A stretch of DNA of 64,000 bases from Octopus vulgaris (GCA_951406725.2 OX597818.1:135842001-135906000); one strand, 5' to 3'. Shown: positions 1 through 12,336, counted from the first letter of the stretch. Numbers and translations: made by a program. Notes: generated by a model not told the origin, from the sequence alone.

Positions 1-126
1 AGAATGTTATTAGTGCAGTGCTAGTTCTGAAAGAAAAAAAATCTTCTTCCCTCCCTTGCATATCAAATTGGCATTAGTGAAACAGTGTGTAAAATCACTC
101 GACAAAGAAAGTAAATGTTTTGAGTA

Positions 127-467
127 CAGGAGTGGCTGTGTGGTAAGTAACTTGCTAACCAACCACATGGTTCTGGGTTCAGTCCCACTGCGTGGCATCT
201 TGGGCAAGTGTCTTCTGCTATAGCCCCAGGCCGACCAATGCCTTGTGAGTGGATTTGGTAGACGGAAACTGAAAGAAGCCTGTCGTATATATGTATATAT
301 ATATGTGTGTGTGTGTGTGTGTCTGTGTTTGTCCCCCTAGCATTGCTTGACAACCGATGCTGGTGTGTTTACGTCCCTGTCACTTAGCGGTTCGGCAAAA
401 GAGACCGATAGAATAAGTACTAGGCTTACAAAGAATAAGTCCCGGGGTCGATTTGCTCGACTAAAGG
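127..467 (+). mobile_element. tRNA-derived SINE family A (3'-truncated)
   Basis: A-box TGGCTGTGTGG, B-box GGTTCAGTCCC, CORE-like CTTGGGCAAGT, internal (TA)/(TG) tract; many near-identical copies in window. Confidence 0.85.
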
Positions 468-699
468 TTGTTTAGCAAGCTACTTTTATTTAATGATTTA
501 ATGAAACTACTTGTTGGTCTTGGTATATTCAATATATGTTATTTTTAAAGACTTAGGGTCTGATTGTTATTGCAAAAGTAGTATTTGTCAATAAGCAGAC
601 CAATATTTGTTGGTTTAAATACGAATTGAGAGGTTTCTACGATTTTACTTTGAGAAATATTGTCATCGATCAATATCAAATATACAAAAAACAAATGAA

Positions 700-859
700 A
701 AAAATGCTTTTTTTCTCCAATAATAAGTTATTTTTGTACAGCAAAAACGGTAGCTAACCAAGAAAAAGTAAGGTCATTTTCAGATTCAATACCCTCAAAT
801 TAGCTAAAAAGATGTTTGGTGTGTCGACACCATTTCAAATTTTTTTTTGTTGAGCAGTG
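700..859 (+). mobile_element. Chapaev3-like DNA transposon right terminus (degenerate)
   Basis: Ends ...ttttgttgagcagtg, reverse complement CACTGCTCAACA, similar to the CACTACCCAACA start of the transposase-bearing fossil at 30827. Confidence 0.4.
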
Positions 860-1283
860 TAATCTATTAAAAAAAAGCATCCAAATCTCTCTCAGATCAT
901 GTTCTGTCCTCTTAAATAGTTTTATATACTCCTGATGACTGTCTCACTCATAGCGGACCTAGTGGTAGTGGTGAGTGGGCGACTAATTTAGGAGTGTATG
1001 CGTGCTATCCAGGGCACAAAATTTTTTTCCCCGCGAGAGTTTTGGACCCCAGTAATGAACTCATTTGCATACAGCCAATCAGAGCTTACCTTGAAAATAC
1101 ATAAACTGTGTACTGCTACAGTACAGCCAGTCAGGCACAGAATGGTGTATGCCACTCTGTGAGTACAGCTTAGCAAGTCTCACATAAGCACCCCCCCTCC
1201 ACCATCCGCATAGATCAATTGAGTACCATCTCTATATGGAGCTAACATTAGGTCCCTATGCTCAGACTGAGATTAGTGATATA

Positions 1284-1668
1284 GGAGCACTCCGTCGGTT
1301 GCGACGATGAGGGTCCCAGCTGATCCGATCAACGGAACAGCCTGCTCGTGAAATTAACGTGTAAATGGCTGAGCACTCCACAGACACGTGTACCCTTAAC
1401 GTAGTTCTCAGGAAGATTCAGCGTGATACACAGAATGTAACAAGGCCGGCCCTTTGAAATACAGGTACAAGAGAAACAGGAAGAAAGAGCGAGAGAAAGT
1501 TGTGGTGAAAGAGTACAGCAGGGTTCACCACCACCCCCTGCCGGAGCCTCGTGGAGCTTTTAGGTGTTTTCGCTCAATAAACACTCACAACGCCCGGTCT
1601 GGGAATCGAAACCGTGATCCTCCGACCGCGAGTCTGCTGCCCTAACCACTGGGCCATTGTGCCTCCAC
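1284..1668 (-). mobile_element. tRNA(Arg-like)-derived SINE family B
   Basis: Head GTGGAGGCRCAATGGCCCAGTGGTTAG...GTTTCGATTCC; seven copies in window; possibly an octopus OR-type SINE (unverified). Confidence 0.85.
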
Positions 1669-1865
1669 ACTGAGACCAATTGATATATGCAAGAGGGCAC
1701 AATATGACCCAACTTCATATTGATTATGATGCTTTCCGATCAACACCAACATTTTAAGTTAGGAATGTACAAAATCAATAAAAAAATTAGGAAACTACAC
1801 TCATTTACATTTTCTAGTAAATTACGCAAATTGGCAACATTTATGGCATCATCGGTGAGCAGCTC

Positions 1866-2277
1866 TCTATTTACTTTACTCTTACTCTTTTACTCTTTTA
1901 CTTGTTTCAGTTATTTGACTGCGGCCATGCTGGAGCACCGCCTTTAATCGAGCAACTCGACCCCGGGACTTATTCTTTTGTAAGCCCAGTACTTATTCTA
2001 TCGGTCTCTTTTGCCAAACCGCTAAGTAACGGGGACATAAACACACCAGCATCGGTTGTCAAGCAATGCTAGGGGGACAAATACAGACACACAAACACAC
2101 GTACGCATATATATAAATATACATATATACGACGGGCTTCTTTCAGTTTCCGTCTACCAAATCCACTCACAAGGCTTTGGTCAGCCCGAGGCTATAGTAG
2201 AAGACACTTGCCCAAGGTGCCACCTGGAACCATGTGGTTGGTAAACAAGCTACTTACCACACAGCCACTCCTGCACC
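1866..2277 (-). mobile_element. SINE family A
   Basis: Full copy with (AGTAAAAG)n-like tail. Confidence 0.85.
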
Positions 2278-2771
2278 TTTATACTCTAAATTTCACATTT
2301 GTCAACCCTATTAACACGGTTAGAACAGTTAGATTTTTGCTATAATGCACATTTTCCACTGAACTCAACTGGAGTATTTTCGTGATTAGATGGACACTAG
2401 TTTCATAGTTGAGCTCTGATTGGCTGTATGCAAATGAGTTCATATCTGGAGTCTGGAACTCTTGTAGGAAAAAAAATTTTGCATCTGAGGGCAGTCCTTG
2501 AATTTGTGTCTCCCTCCCCACTTATCGACCTCCAAGCCTACACAGACTTATACTGTAGACCCATAAGTGTTGCCTGGGGATGGATTGACCTCTTTGACCT
2601 TTTCTCTATCCAAGTCATTTGGCTAATCACAATTACTACCACCATTTACATTCTTGTCCTTGGAGGCCCTACTTTCGCATTACCCCTATTATTTGTATTT
2701 CCCTCTGCACCTTCTTGTAACCGATATACAATAGGCATATCACATATAGATAACACCTGTGTAGCATGTAT

Positions 2772-3000
2772 TCTTTTATTCTTTTACTTGTTTCAGTCAT
2801 TTGACTATGGCTTTGCTGGAGCACCACTGCGAAGGGTTTTAGTTGAACATTTCGACCCCAGGACTTATTTTTTAAGCCCAGTACTTATTCTATCAGTCTC
2901 TCTGTCAAATCACTAAATTACAGGGATGTAAACACACCAACACCAGTTGTCAAGCGATGATGGGGGGACAAACATAAACACAAAGACACACACAGATATA

Positions 3001-3037
<37 letters not shown>

Positions 3038-3435
3038 CTCTTTTACTTGTTTCAGTCATTTGACTGCGGCCATGCTGGAGCACCGCCTTTAATCGATCAA
3101 CTCGACCCCGGGACTTATTCTTTTGTAAGCCCAGTACTTATTCTATCGGTCTCTTTTGCCGAACTGCTAAGTAACGGGGACATAAACACACCAGCATCGG
3201 TTGTCAAGCAATGCTAGGGGGACAAACACAGACACACAAACACATACACATACATACATATATATACATATATACGACGGGCTTCTTTCAGTTTCCGTCT
3301 ACCAAATCCACTCTGAAGGCTTTGGTCGGCTCGAGGCTATAGTAGAAGGCACTTGCCCAAGGTGCCACACAGTGGGACTGAACCCGGAACCATGTGGTCG
3401 GTAAACAAGCTACTTACCACACAGCCACTCCTGCG

Positions 3436-3438
<3 letters not shown>
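2772..3438 (-). mobile_element. Two tandem SINE family A copies (degenerate partial 2772-3000; full 3036-3438)
   Basis: Sequence identity to other family A copies. Confidence 0.8.
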
Positions 3439-3471
<33 letters not shown>

Positions 3472-4836
3472 CAGTAGAAGCTTGCAGTATGAGTCCACCA
3501 TTGTTTGAGTAATTTGCTGTATGAGTTGAGGCTTGTGTAAATGTTTATCTTGAAGTATGAGCAGAAATCTGCAGCTTGAGTAAGTTTCATATAGGTGACC
3601 ACTAGGTGGCATTGAGCTTGTCATGCTCTCCCAACAGGCTTGGTCTCCGCTCACTCAGTTCATGTGTTTATCTCGTGGCAGCATCCCTGCTGTATTTTTC
3701 CCACTGTTTTTGTTTAGTTTTCTGCAGTTTTTGCTATTATTTTATGATAATTGGTTGTGTTAGGCATGGGTCCTAAGAAGGTTCGTCAAAGGATAGTGCT
3801 GAGCAGAAGGAAAAGCTGACTGCAATAGAATTGAAGACAGAAATCATTGATAAACATGAGGGGGGGTGCGTGAAGTGGACGTAGCATGCCAATATGACTG
3901 AAGCATGTTGACTATCTGCACCATCCTGAAGAAGAAGGATGAGATCAAGGCCATTACAACAGCAAAGGGTGTTTTCAGGATCTCTAAGCAATGCACCTCT
4001 GTCCACAAAAGGATGGAAAAGTTGCTTCTCCTGTGGATCAACAAGAAGCAACTCACAGGGGATGGATGGAAGCACTCCGTCGGTTACGACGACGAGGGTT
4101 CCGGTTGATCCGAATCAACGGAACAGCCTGCTCGTGAAATTAATGTGTAAGTGGCTGAGCACTCCAGAGACACGTGCACCCTTAACGTAGTTCTCGGGGA
4201 TATTCAGCGTGACACAGAGAGTGACAAGGCCGGCCCCTTGAAATACAGGTACAACAGAAACAGGAAGCAAGAGTGAGAGAAAGTTGTGGTGAAAGAGCAC
4301 AGCAGGGATCACCACCATCCTCACAGGGGATATGATTATGGAGACCATTATCTGTGAGAAAGCACAAGCGCTGTATGGAGATCTCTCTTGGAGCAGAACT
4401 CTGGAACATTGACGGAGGATACATAAGCTGATGCATTCAAGGCCAGTCGCAGCTGGTTTGATAATTTCAAGAAGAGGACTGGTGTTCTTAGTGTCATCAG
4501 CTATGGAGAAGCAGCGAGTCCTGACACGAAGGCAGGTGAGGATTTCGTGTGTGAATTCTGTTAGCTCATCGCAACCGAGAGGGGAAAACACACAACAGGT
4601 ATTCAACTGTGATGAAACTAGCCTCTTTTGGAAAAAAATGCCCAGAAGTACCTACAGAACTGCAGAGGAGAAGAAAATGAAAGAAGCCTATGAAAGATAG
4701 ACCAACTCTTGCTCTTTGTGTCAATGCGAGTGGAAACTTGAAGATTACGCTGCTCTTTGTCTACCATTCCAAATACCCACAAGCGTTCAAGTCACGAAAT
4801 CCTGAAAGAGAAGTTGCAAGTCATGTGGAGGGCAAA
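3472..4836 (+). mobile_element. Tigger/pogo DNA transposon fossil
   Basis: TA|CAGTAG start; MGPKK...IELKTEIIDKHE (CENP-B-type HTH), QQVFNCDETSLFWKKMP, KDRPTLALCVNASG (pogo DDE); frameshifted, interrupted by a SINE and truncated by a Helitron. Confidence 0.85.
4064..4319 (-). mobile_element. 5'-truncated SINE family B nested in the Tigger fossil
   Basis: Flanked by direct repeat ctcacaggggat (TSD). Confidence 0.85.
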
Positions 4837-4846
4837 TATATATATA

Positions 4847-5244
4847 CTAGGAGTATCGCCTGGCGTTGCTCGGGTTTGTAAGGGAAATAACTATATAAGC
4901 ATTTATAGAGAGTTATAGCCAAAAAATAGCAAAAAAATGCATTAAAAATGGAAAAAAATTATGGTAAATTTTTTTTTAAATCGTTGACTCATCGTAGATA
5001 TTTTTAGAGAGTTACTTCCCTTATATAATAGCGAAAAAAATAAATTAAAAGGGAAAAAAATGATGGTAAATTATTTTTAAAATCGGAGACTCATCGTAGA
5101 CGCGCGCTAATACCCAGAAGGGCTTGATATGAATCACGACTATAAGATACCCAGTTTTGGTTAAACTGCACTGCAAAATGTGGGAGTAGTTAGGAATCTA
5201 AATCGTAGGAGACAGACACACAACTTGACGTTTATATATAAAGA
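4847..5244 (-). mobile_element. Non-autonomous Helitron
   Basis: 5' TC, 3' hairpin CCCGAGCAACGCCAGG then CTAG, A|T target, no TSD. Confidence 0.8.
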
Positions 5245-5250
5245 TATATG

Positions 5251-5310
<60 letters not shown>

Positions 5311-5790
5311 CATAGGTATATATCAATGGTGACTCCAGCACCTGGGATGTTCGGGCTTAGCACAAGTATAAATTTAGTAAGGTAATGTGTATTTGCAAGT
5401 TGATTAAATTTCTGCCAACACTGACTTCAAGTATATAATTGCAGCCAATAACTCAGGTTCTTTTTATTGAGCCTAACAATTAAATTAATTTAACAATTAA
5501 GAAAAAAAAAACCGAAAGGCTAAAATTTAGGGTAAGGATTAGGGTTAGTGACACGATGTCTCAGTTTTAGATGCAACAAATGATTTTAGCTCAATAGAGG
5601 CCATTGATTGGTTAAAATTCGAAAAATTAAACTACGTTAAACTTACAAATTACAATTTTCTCAAGAAAGCCAAGAGAAAAAAATGTTTTATTTTGACACA
5701 TTCTACCAGTATACGAAGTTTAAAAGTGTTTAGTTAACTAGAAATTGTGTTGAAAACTGCCGTTCAAAAGGAAAAGATCCTATATATATA

Positions 5791-6183
5791 TGTTTATATA
5801 TAAAAGTGAGGTTGTGTGCTGTCTGTCTCCTACGATTTAGATTCCTAACTACTCCCACATTTTGCGGTGCAGTTTAACCAAAAACTGGGTATCTTATAGT
5901 CGTGATTCATATCGAACCCTTCTGGGTATTAGCGTGCGTCTACGATGAGTCTACGATTTAAAAAAAATTTACCATCAATTTTTCCCATTTTTAATGCATT
6001 TTTGGCATATATAAGGGAAGTAACTCTCTAAAAATGTATTATTAAATCTCAGAACGTAAAAAGCTACAGTAACCCCCCTTTGTGGTTGGCCATATTGAGA
6101 TGGCTATTATACTTTACATTTCTAAAAATGCTTATATAGTTATTTCCCTTACAAACCCGAGCAACGCCGGGCGATACTGCTAG
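5791..6183 (+). mobile_element. Non-autonomous Helitron (same family)
   Basis: Ends CCCGAGCAACGCCGGGCGATACTGCTAG|T. Confidence 0.8.
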
Positions 6184-6365
6184 TATATATATACGTGTGT
6201 GTGTGTATGTCTTTGTCCCTCTATTCCACCTCTTGACAACTGGTGTTGGTGTATTTATGTCCCCTATAACTTAGTGGTTTGGCAGAGGCAGATAGAATAA
6301 ATACCATGCTTTAAAAAGAATAAATCCTGGGATCGATTTCTTCCATTAAAACACAGCATTCTTTC

Positions 6366-6824
6366 GTTTCGACGTGAAAAATTACGACACAGTACTCGGT
6401 AATTTCCGTGAGCAATACAGTACTCGGTAATTTCCGTGAGCATGTGTTGTCTTGTCAACTGTTAGTTGATGTATCAAAATGGAAAGAGAAAGCTAATGGG
6501 TTGTACGTGCGTGTGTGCGTGCTTGTTCCTCTGTGTGTGTGTGTGCATGCTTGCTCTTGTTTGTGTGTGTGTGTTTGATCTTGCTTGTGTGTGTGTGTGC
6601 ATGCTTGTTCATGTTTGTGTGTGTGTGTGTGCATGCTTGTTCTTGTTTGTGTGTGTGTGTGTGCGTGCTTGTTCTTGTCTGTGATGTGTGCATGGTGCGT
6701 GTTCTCTTGTGTGTGTGTGTGCATGCTTGTGTGTATGTGTTCATGTTTGTGTGTGTGTGTTTTGGTCTTGCTTGTGTGTGTGTGTGTGTGTCTACCGAGT
6801 ACTGTGTAGTGATTTTCCTAGACG
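6366..6824. mobile_element. MITE-like element with internal (TG)n/CATGCTTG compound minisatellite
   Basis: Imperfect inverted ends gaaaaattacgacacagtactcggta / taccgagtactgtgtagtgattttcc. Confidence 0.5.
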
Positions 6825-7027
6825 GTGATCCAGTATGACTGAAGCAAGAAAAGGAATAAAAGAACACGTACATAGGAATAGCAACCTTTGCCCATTCCTA
6901 CAAACGACCACAGAAGAAGGGACATTACTCATGGCTTTCGCATGTTCTCCCAGGTTTGATACAGTTACTAACTTCGAAGTTAGATCTGTTCATCACACCC
7001 AAGGAATTATTAACTGCATTGGCAATC

Positions 7028-7457
7028 GGCAATCTTTCGTCTCTAGTAGACCTTTCCGTCGATTTCCGTAAAAAAATTTCTTTTTTACATATGGGCTTGC
7101 GGGAACTTTTGAAGTAATGAGAGCGAAAGAGACTAAGAGAAAGCGATTGTATGACGAGGGAAGTTCTTTTGAAGTTACCGTCCAGGGGAAGCATTGATGT
7201 ATATGTGTGTGTGTGTGTGTGTTTGATGGGGGTGTGGGAGACAGATAGTATGTTGTGTAAGTGAAGTGCTTCTGTTAGTGTGTGTGAAGAGACAGAGAGA
7301 GTAATGTGTGAAAGAAAGAGATAACTGAAACTTTTTACTCGGTGTATGTGTATATTTATGTATATTACTTCAAAAGTTCCCGCAAGCCCATATGTAAAAA
7401 AAAAAGAATTTTTTTACGGAAATCGACGGAAAGGTCTACTAGAGACGAAAGATCGCC
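7028..7457. mobile_element. MITE family 1 (GGCRATCTTTCGTCTCTAG TIRs)
   Basis: ~90-bp TIRs; flanking CAATC direct repeat; second copy at 9051-9477. Confidence 0.85.
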
Positions 7458-7502
7458 CAATCTACTTAAAAGTCCCAATTAGAAATACGAAAACAAAAAA
7501 AC

Positions 7503-7867
7503 GGCACCGTCATGCTTTTAGCTGTCAGAAGTGAAAGTAGTCAACTTCGTGTATTTACGTCGTCACACGTTTGTATGAATTGGTGTATGTGATCGCGGTG
7601 GTGGTGGTCATTTGTGCAGATTTGGTGTGATTTCTTTTTTAAAAACAATAATGAATAATGCAAGAATATATTTATTTATAAAGTTTAAACAGAACATGGA
7701 ATGAATTGTATTTATTTATAAACTTTAAACTGAACTTCAATTGTTTTATAAACCTAACAGCGTGGTGGTACGTAAATAAACGGCGTAAATTAACGAAGGT
7801 ATAAACCTGACGTAAATACACGAAGTTGACGACTTTCACTTCTGACAGCTAAAAGCATGACAGTGCC
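7503..7867. mobile_element. MITE family 2 (GGCAC...GTGCC)
   Basis: ~58-bp near-perfect TIRs ggcaccgtcatgcttttagctgtcagaagtgaaag...; GG termini compatible with Merlin-type elements (inference). Confidence 0.8.
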
Positions 7868-8169
7868 GAAAAAACTTTATTTAATTAAAAAAATATCGTT
7901 TAAAAAGAAATAAAAACAGTTTACCATAGAAGAAAACAATAAGATTAACACGTGATATCAGTTGACGGGTCCATTTTAAGTTGTTCTATTTTTCTGGGCA
8001 AAAGTTCCACCATTTCTTCACATATTTGCAATTCATTAGCAATAAATTCCGATCCCTTTGGGTCCTTACGACAATAATCAACAATACATTTGAAACATGC
8101 AAGCCTTCTTCCAATATTTTTGATTTTCATCTCCGCATCTGAACAAATGAATTTTGTGTAAAGGTTACC

Positions 8170-8372
8170 TGTTTCTTTATTACCCACAAGGGGCTAAACA
8201 CAGAGGGGACAAACAAGGACAGACATAGGTATTAAGTCGATTACATCGACCCCAGTGCGTAACTGGTACTTAATTTATCGACCCCGAAAGGACGAAAGGC
8301 AAAGTTGACCTCGGCGGAATTTGAACTCACAACGTAACGCAGACGAAATACCGCTAAGCATTTCGTCTAAGC
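8170..8372 (-). mobile_element. 5'-truncated SINE family D inserted in the KBP pseudogene
   Basis: 19-bp TSD attttgtgtaaaggttacc at 8151-8169 and 8373-8391; GCCTTTCGTCCTTTCGGGGTCGATAAATTAAGTACCAG central motif (Meta-like, inference). Confidence 0.85.
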
Positions 8373-8589
8373 ATTTTGTGTAAAGGTTACCGACACAAAA
8401 ATATGCAATTAATGTTGGAAGAACATCAGATTCGTCGAGCTTATCTGGCAATTGTGCACGACCACCTTTGATTGAATGGATGTATTTCATATAATGGTCG
8501 ATGCTTTGAGAGACTAATAAATCAATTTTTTTAATTGCATGTGGTGTCCTCGAAGATTCCTCGTTTTGAAATATGTTTACCTTGATGTC

Positions 8590-8980
8590 CGTGGAGGCGC
8601 AATCGCCCAGTGGTTAGGGCAGCGGACTCGCGGTCATAGGATCACGGTTTCGATTCCCAGATCGGGCGTTGTGAGTGTTTATTGAGCGAAAACACCAAAA
8701 AGCTCAACGACGCTCCGGCAGGGGATGGTGGTGATCCCTGCTGTACTCTTTCACCACAACTTTCTCTCACTCTTACTTCCTGTTTCTGTTGTACCTGTAT
8801 TTCAAAGGGCCAGCCTTGTCACACTCTGTGTCACGCTGAATATCCCCGAGAACTATGTTAAGGGTACACGTGTCTGTGGAGTGCTCAGCCACTTACACGT
8901 TAATTTCACGAGCAGGCTGTTCCGTTGATTCGGATCAACCGGAACCCTCATCGTCGTAACCGACGGAGTGCTTCCACTCC
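8590..8980 (+). mobile_element. SINE family B inserted in the KBP pseudogene
   Basis: 11-bp TSD accttgatgtc at 8579-8589 and 8981-8991. Confidence 0.9.
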
Positions 8981-9050
8981 ACCTTGATGTCTAATAAACG
9001 GGAGTATGTTTCTGCAAGTTCGTACGTTAATTGACGACAAACGTGTCTCT

Positions 9051-9477
9051 GCAATCTTTCGTCTCTAGTAGACCTTTCCGTCGATTTCCGTAAAAAAATT
9101 TTTTTTTTTTACATATGGTCTTGCGGGAACTTTTGAAGTAATGAGAGCGAAAGAGACTAAGAGAAAGCGATTGTATGACGAGGGAAATTCTTTAGAAGTT
9201 ACCGTCCATGGGAAGCATTGATGTACATGTGTGTGTGTATGTGTGTGTTTGATGGGGTGTGGGAGACAGACAGTATGTTGTGTAAGTGAAGTGCTTCTGT
9301 TAGTGTGTGTGAAGAGACAGAGTAATGTGTGAAAGAAAGAGATAACTGAAATTTTTTACTCGGTGTATGTGTATATGTATGTATATTACTTCAAAAGTTC
9401 CCGCAAGCTCATATGTAAAAAAAAAAAATTTTTTTACGGAAATCGACGGAAAGGTCTACTAGAGACGAAAGATCGCC
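9051..9477. mobile_element. MITE family 1 inserted in the KBP pseudogene
   Basis: Near-identical to 7028-7457; first G missing and no TSD, adjacent KBP sequence deleted. Confidence 0.85.
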
Positions 9478-10570
9478 TATAAGCCTTACTATGATCCCTC
9501 ATTATTTCAACATAATCATTGCAATAGCTATCAATAACATAATATCCTTTCGCATCATTTAACCACTTCTGAACAGCAATAAATACTTCTCGTGCAGACG
9601 AGAAATCTTTTACAAATTTTACAGGCATATTTTCTTCCAGATCTGTTTTATTCCAGTTTGAATCGAGCTGTGTTTTTATCCGAATTTTCGGGACTTTCAG
9701 TTTCAACAATCGGCTCCTTGTTTGCATTATGGTCAGCTTCCGATGAATTTTTTTTCTCGTTTACCAAATCAGTTCTATCCAAATGTCTGATAAGATTAAT
9801 AATAGAGAATTCTTTAGAGGACTCAAGAAGTGACAAACCATATTTTGCCCAACAGCGGCTGATGTCAGCTTTGCGCCGTGCAATGCTGTTGTTAGTACTC
9901 TCAATGATAGAGTCGTCAGCTTCCTGTAATATGTAGCAAGAACTAGCGAGGCAATACCTTGCCATCATATAATCATCCACACTAAGATAGTATTGAGAAA
10001 GACTAGCAGCATTTATAGCCCATTCTAATGGGTTATACTGGTTTGATTCTAATTGTCTAAGTAAAGTTTGGTGACAGTACTTAGCAGAAAGTTCTCTATT
10101 GCCTTTGCCAGCATAGACCTGTGCTAAATAAAACATTGTAGGTGTGTAAGTATTTTCGAAGTGTACATCACGATCGTGTTCAATAAGATCATTATCCTCA
10201 CCTTCAGGCCGGAAAAGTTCTTCAACTGAATGTGGGGCTCCACCTACTTCATGTTTAAAATCATTGTAAAGATTTTCGGCTAGTTCTAAATACTTCACGG
10301 CTTCGTCCAAACCAAATTCTCCTCGGTGGCTCCACAGAATCCCTAAATTATTAAGGGCTTCTTGGTATATGTTGCAAGAACTCTTGTTCATTTTATGATC
10401 CTCAATGTCTTTTAAAACTTTAGTAAAGTATTCCTCACCGACTCCCAGTTCTTCTGTCTCAAGATGATTCACTCCCAGTTGAAGACTTAGTCCTGCGATT
10501 AAAATATTCGTAAGTAAATCATTTGTATCAGTTAAAAATGTATTCATTTTATCACGCAAGGAAAGTAATT

Positions 10571-11085
10571 TATTACACACATGTGAGTGAGAACACTTTG
10601 AGATATTTTTGGTATCTAACATATGTCAGATACTGCGAGCGCTGCTTCTGATTGGTCAATCCATGGTGATGCCCCGAGGTCACGGTGATAGCGCTGTTTC
10701 TGATTGGTCAATTCATGGTGATGACCCGAGGTCACGGTGACGGCACTACTTTTGTCATTCATAAGTTACAACTAAATGTGAAGAATTTAGTTATTGGGTT
10801 AATAAAATATGGTCGTTTATTCGTGTGTAATAAATAAAATACCAAACTCATTCCCTATGGATACCGTATTTATTACAACTCGTGGCTTGTAAACGTATCT
10901 AACGAGCGAATAAACGACCATATTTTATTAACCCAATAACTAAATGCTTCAATCAGAAGCAGCGCTGTCACCATGACCTCGGGTCATCACCATGGATTGA
11001 CCAATCAGAAGCAGCGCTCGCAGTATCCGACATATGTTAGATACCAAAAATATCTCAAAGTGTTCTCACTCACATGTGTGTAATA
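10571..11085. mobile_element. Palindromic non-autonomous element (nested inverted repeats, Crypton-like architecture by inference)
   Basis: ~120-bp outer arms TATTACACACATGTGAGTGAG.../...CTCACTCACATGTGTGTAATA plus inner ~44-bp inverted repeat; related partial copy at 51208-51715. Confidence 0.8.
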
Positions 11086-11575
11086 ATAATAGTCTATCAA
11101 CCATTTTTTGGGGAGGCTATTTAAAGAGAACATATATCTTCTCACTCTCTGAACCATAACCAGCAGCTATGTTTAAGTGTTCCTTTTCACTTTCTTTTAC
11201 TTGTAGTTATTGTTTGCTCGATATTGTCTCCTAGAATAACCCTTTAGTGTTTAAGAAGAACCATTCTTTTATTTGCTACTGCTTGACTTTATCAACGTCA
11301 ACACATATTTCCAAAAACGACACATTTCAACATTTTCTGTTTTCTACAATACATCATTCAATTGATTTTGTAAAACACAAAGATATTTGGTACATTCTCA
11401 TAATCTCATTTATGTAAACATGTCTTGATTGATCTGGGATATTAAACTGTTTTATTCTATCCTGAATTCTGTACTATTTTCAGCCTCTACTTAGATACTA
11501 TGTGCTGCATAATTATCATTGAAATATTCTACCAATAAAATCTGCAAAAGTATATTTTTATTAGTATCTATACTA

Positions 11576-11961
11576 TCTTTATATATAAAAGTCAAGTTGT
11601 GTGTCTGTCTCCTACGATTTAGATTCCTAACTACTCCCACATTTTGCGGTGCAGTGTAACCAAAACCGGGTATCTTATAGTCGTGATTCATATCGAGCCC
11701 TTCTGGGTATTAGCGCGCGTCTACAATGAGTCTACGATTTAAAAAAAAAATTACCATCATTTTTTTCCATTTTAATGCATTTTTCGCTATTATATAAGGG
11801 AAGTAACTCTCTAAAAATGTCTACGATGAGTCAACGATTTAAAAAAAAATTTACCATCATTTTTTCCCATTTTTAATGCATTATTTTGGCTATAACTCTC
11901 TAAAAATGCTTATATAGTTATTTCCCTTACAAACCCGAGCAACGCCGGGCGATACTGCGAG
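11576..11961 (+). mobile_element. Non-autonomous Helitron
   Basis: A|TC start, 3' hairpin and CGAG (CTAG variant) end. Confidence 0.8.
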
Positions 11962-12300
11962 TAATAAATAAAGCTGCTTGTTAATTAGCTGTTTGTAACT
12001 TTTATTAAAGAGTACTCTGTCTAGAAAATGCTTATAAATCCCAGTTTCAATATATTTTTTACCAAAATGTGATTTTCAAATTTTCTTTTATTATTGAAGA
12101 TTTCAATTACATTCTTTTTTAATGTCTTATATTTGCCTCACTATTTTTTGACTGTTTCCTTAAAATATGATCTCTTTCCATCTCTTCCTTGTTTACTGTG
12201 TTTATTCCTATAGTCTATATTTAAATCCTTATAACTTTTCTCTCTCTCTGTTATCCTCATCTTTTTTCTTTTCAAGGTCTTGTTCCTTTCAGTCTTTGTC

Positions 12301-12336
<36 letters not shown>

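Larger units (their letters stand above)
7945..10570 (-). pseudogene. KIFBP: KIF-binding protein (KBP/KIAA1279) intronless pseudogene
   Basis: KBP motifs: LGVNHLETEE, LNNLGILWS, TMFYLAQVY, SAKYCHQTLLRQL, EWAINAASLSQYY, ISRCWAKYGL, DFSSAREVF, CRQLTYELAETY, ELQICEEMVELLP. Frameshift/stop at ~9648, insertions at 9051-9477, 8590-8980 and 8170-8372, N-terminus missing. Confidence 0.88.

Noticed and set aside
10-353. Recurrent ORFs such as [12 protein letters not shown]... and [12 protein letters not shown]... appearing many times
   Set aside because: They are chance frames in SINE families A and B, not a gene family.
2428-2916. 162-aa hydrophobic ORF
   Set aside because: Spans a TIR remnant and a degenerate SINE; no homology signal.
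5527-5548. TTAGGG-like motifs
   Set aside because: Only two or three imperfect units inside a repeat remnant; not an interstitial telomere.
8592-8665. tRNA-like sequence with A and B boxes
   Set aside because: It is the head of a SINE continuing into a SINE body with a TSD; the same applies to all other copies.
9648-10622. 324-aa ORF as an intact gene
   Set aside because: Its first ~17 codons come from a palindromic TE and it ends at a frameshift; it is part of the KBP pseudogene.
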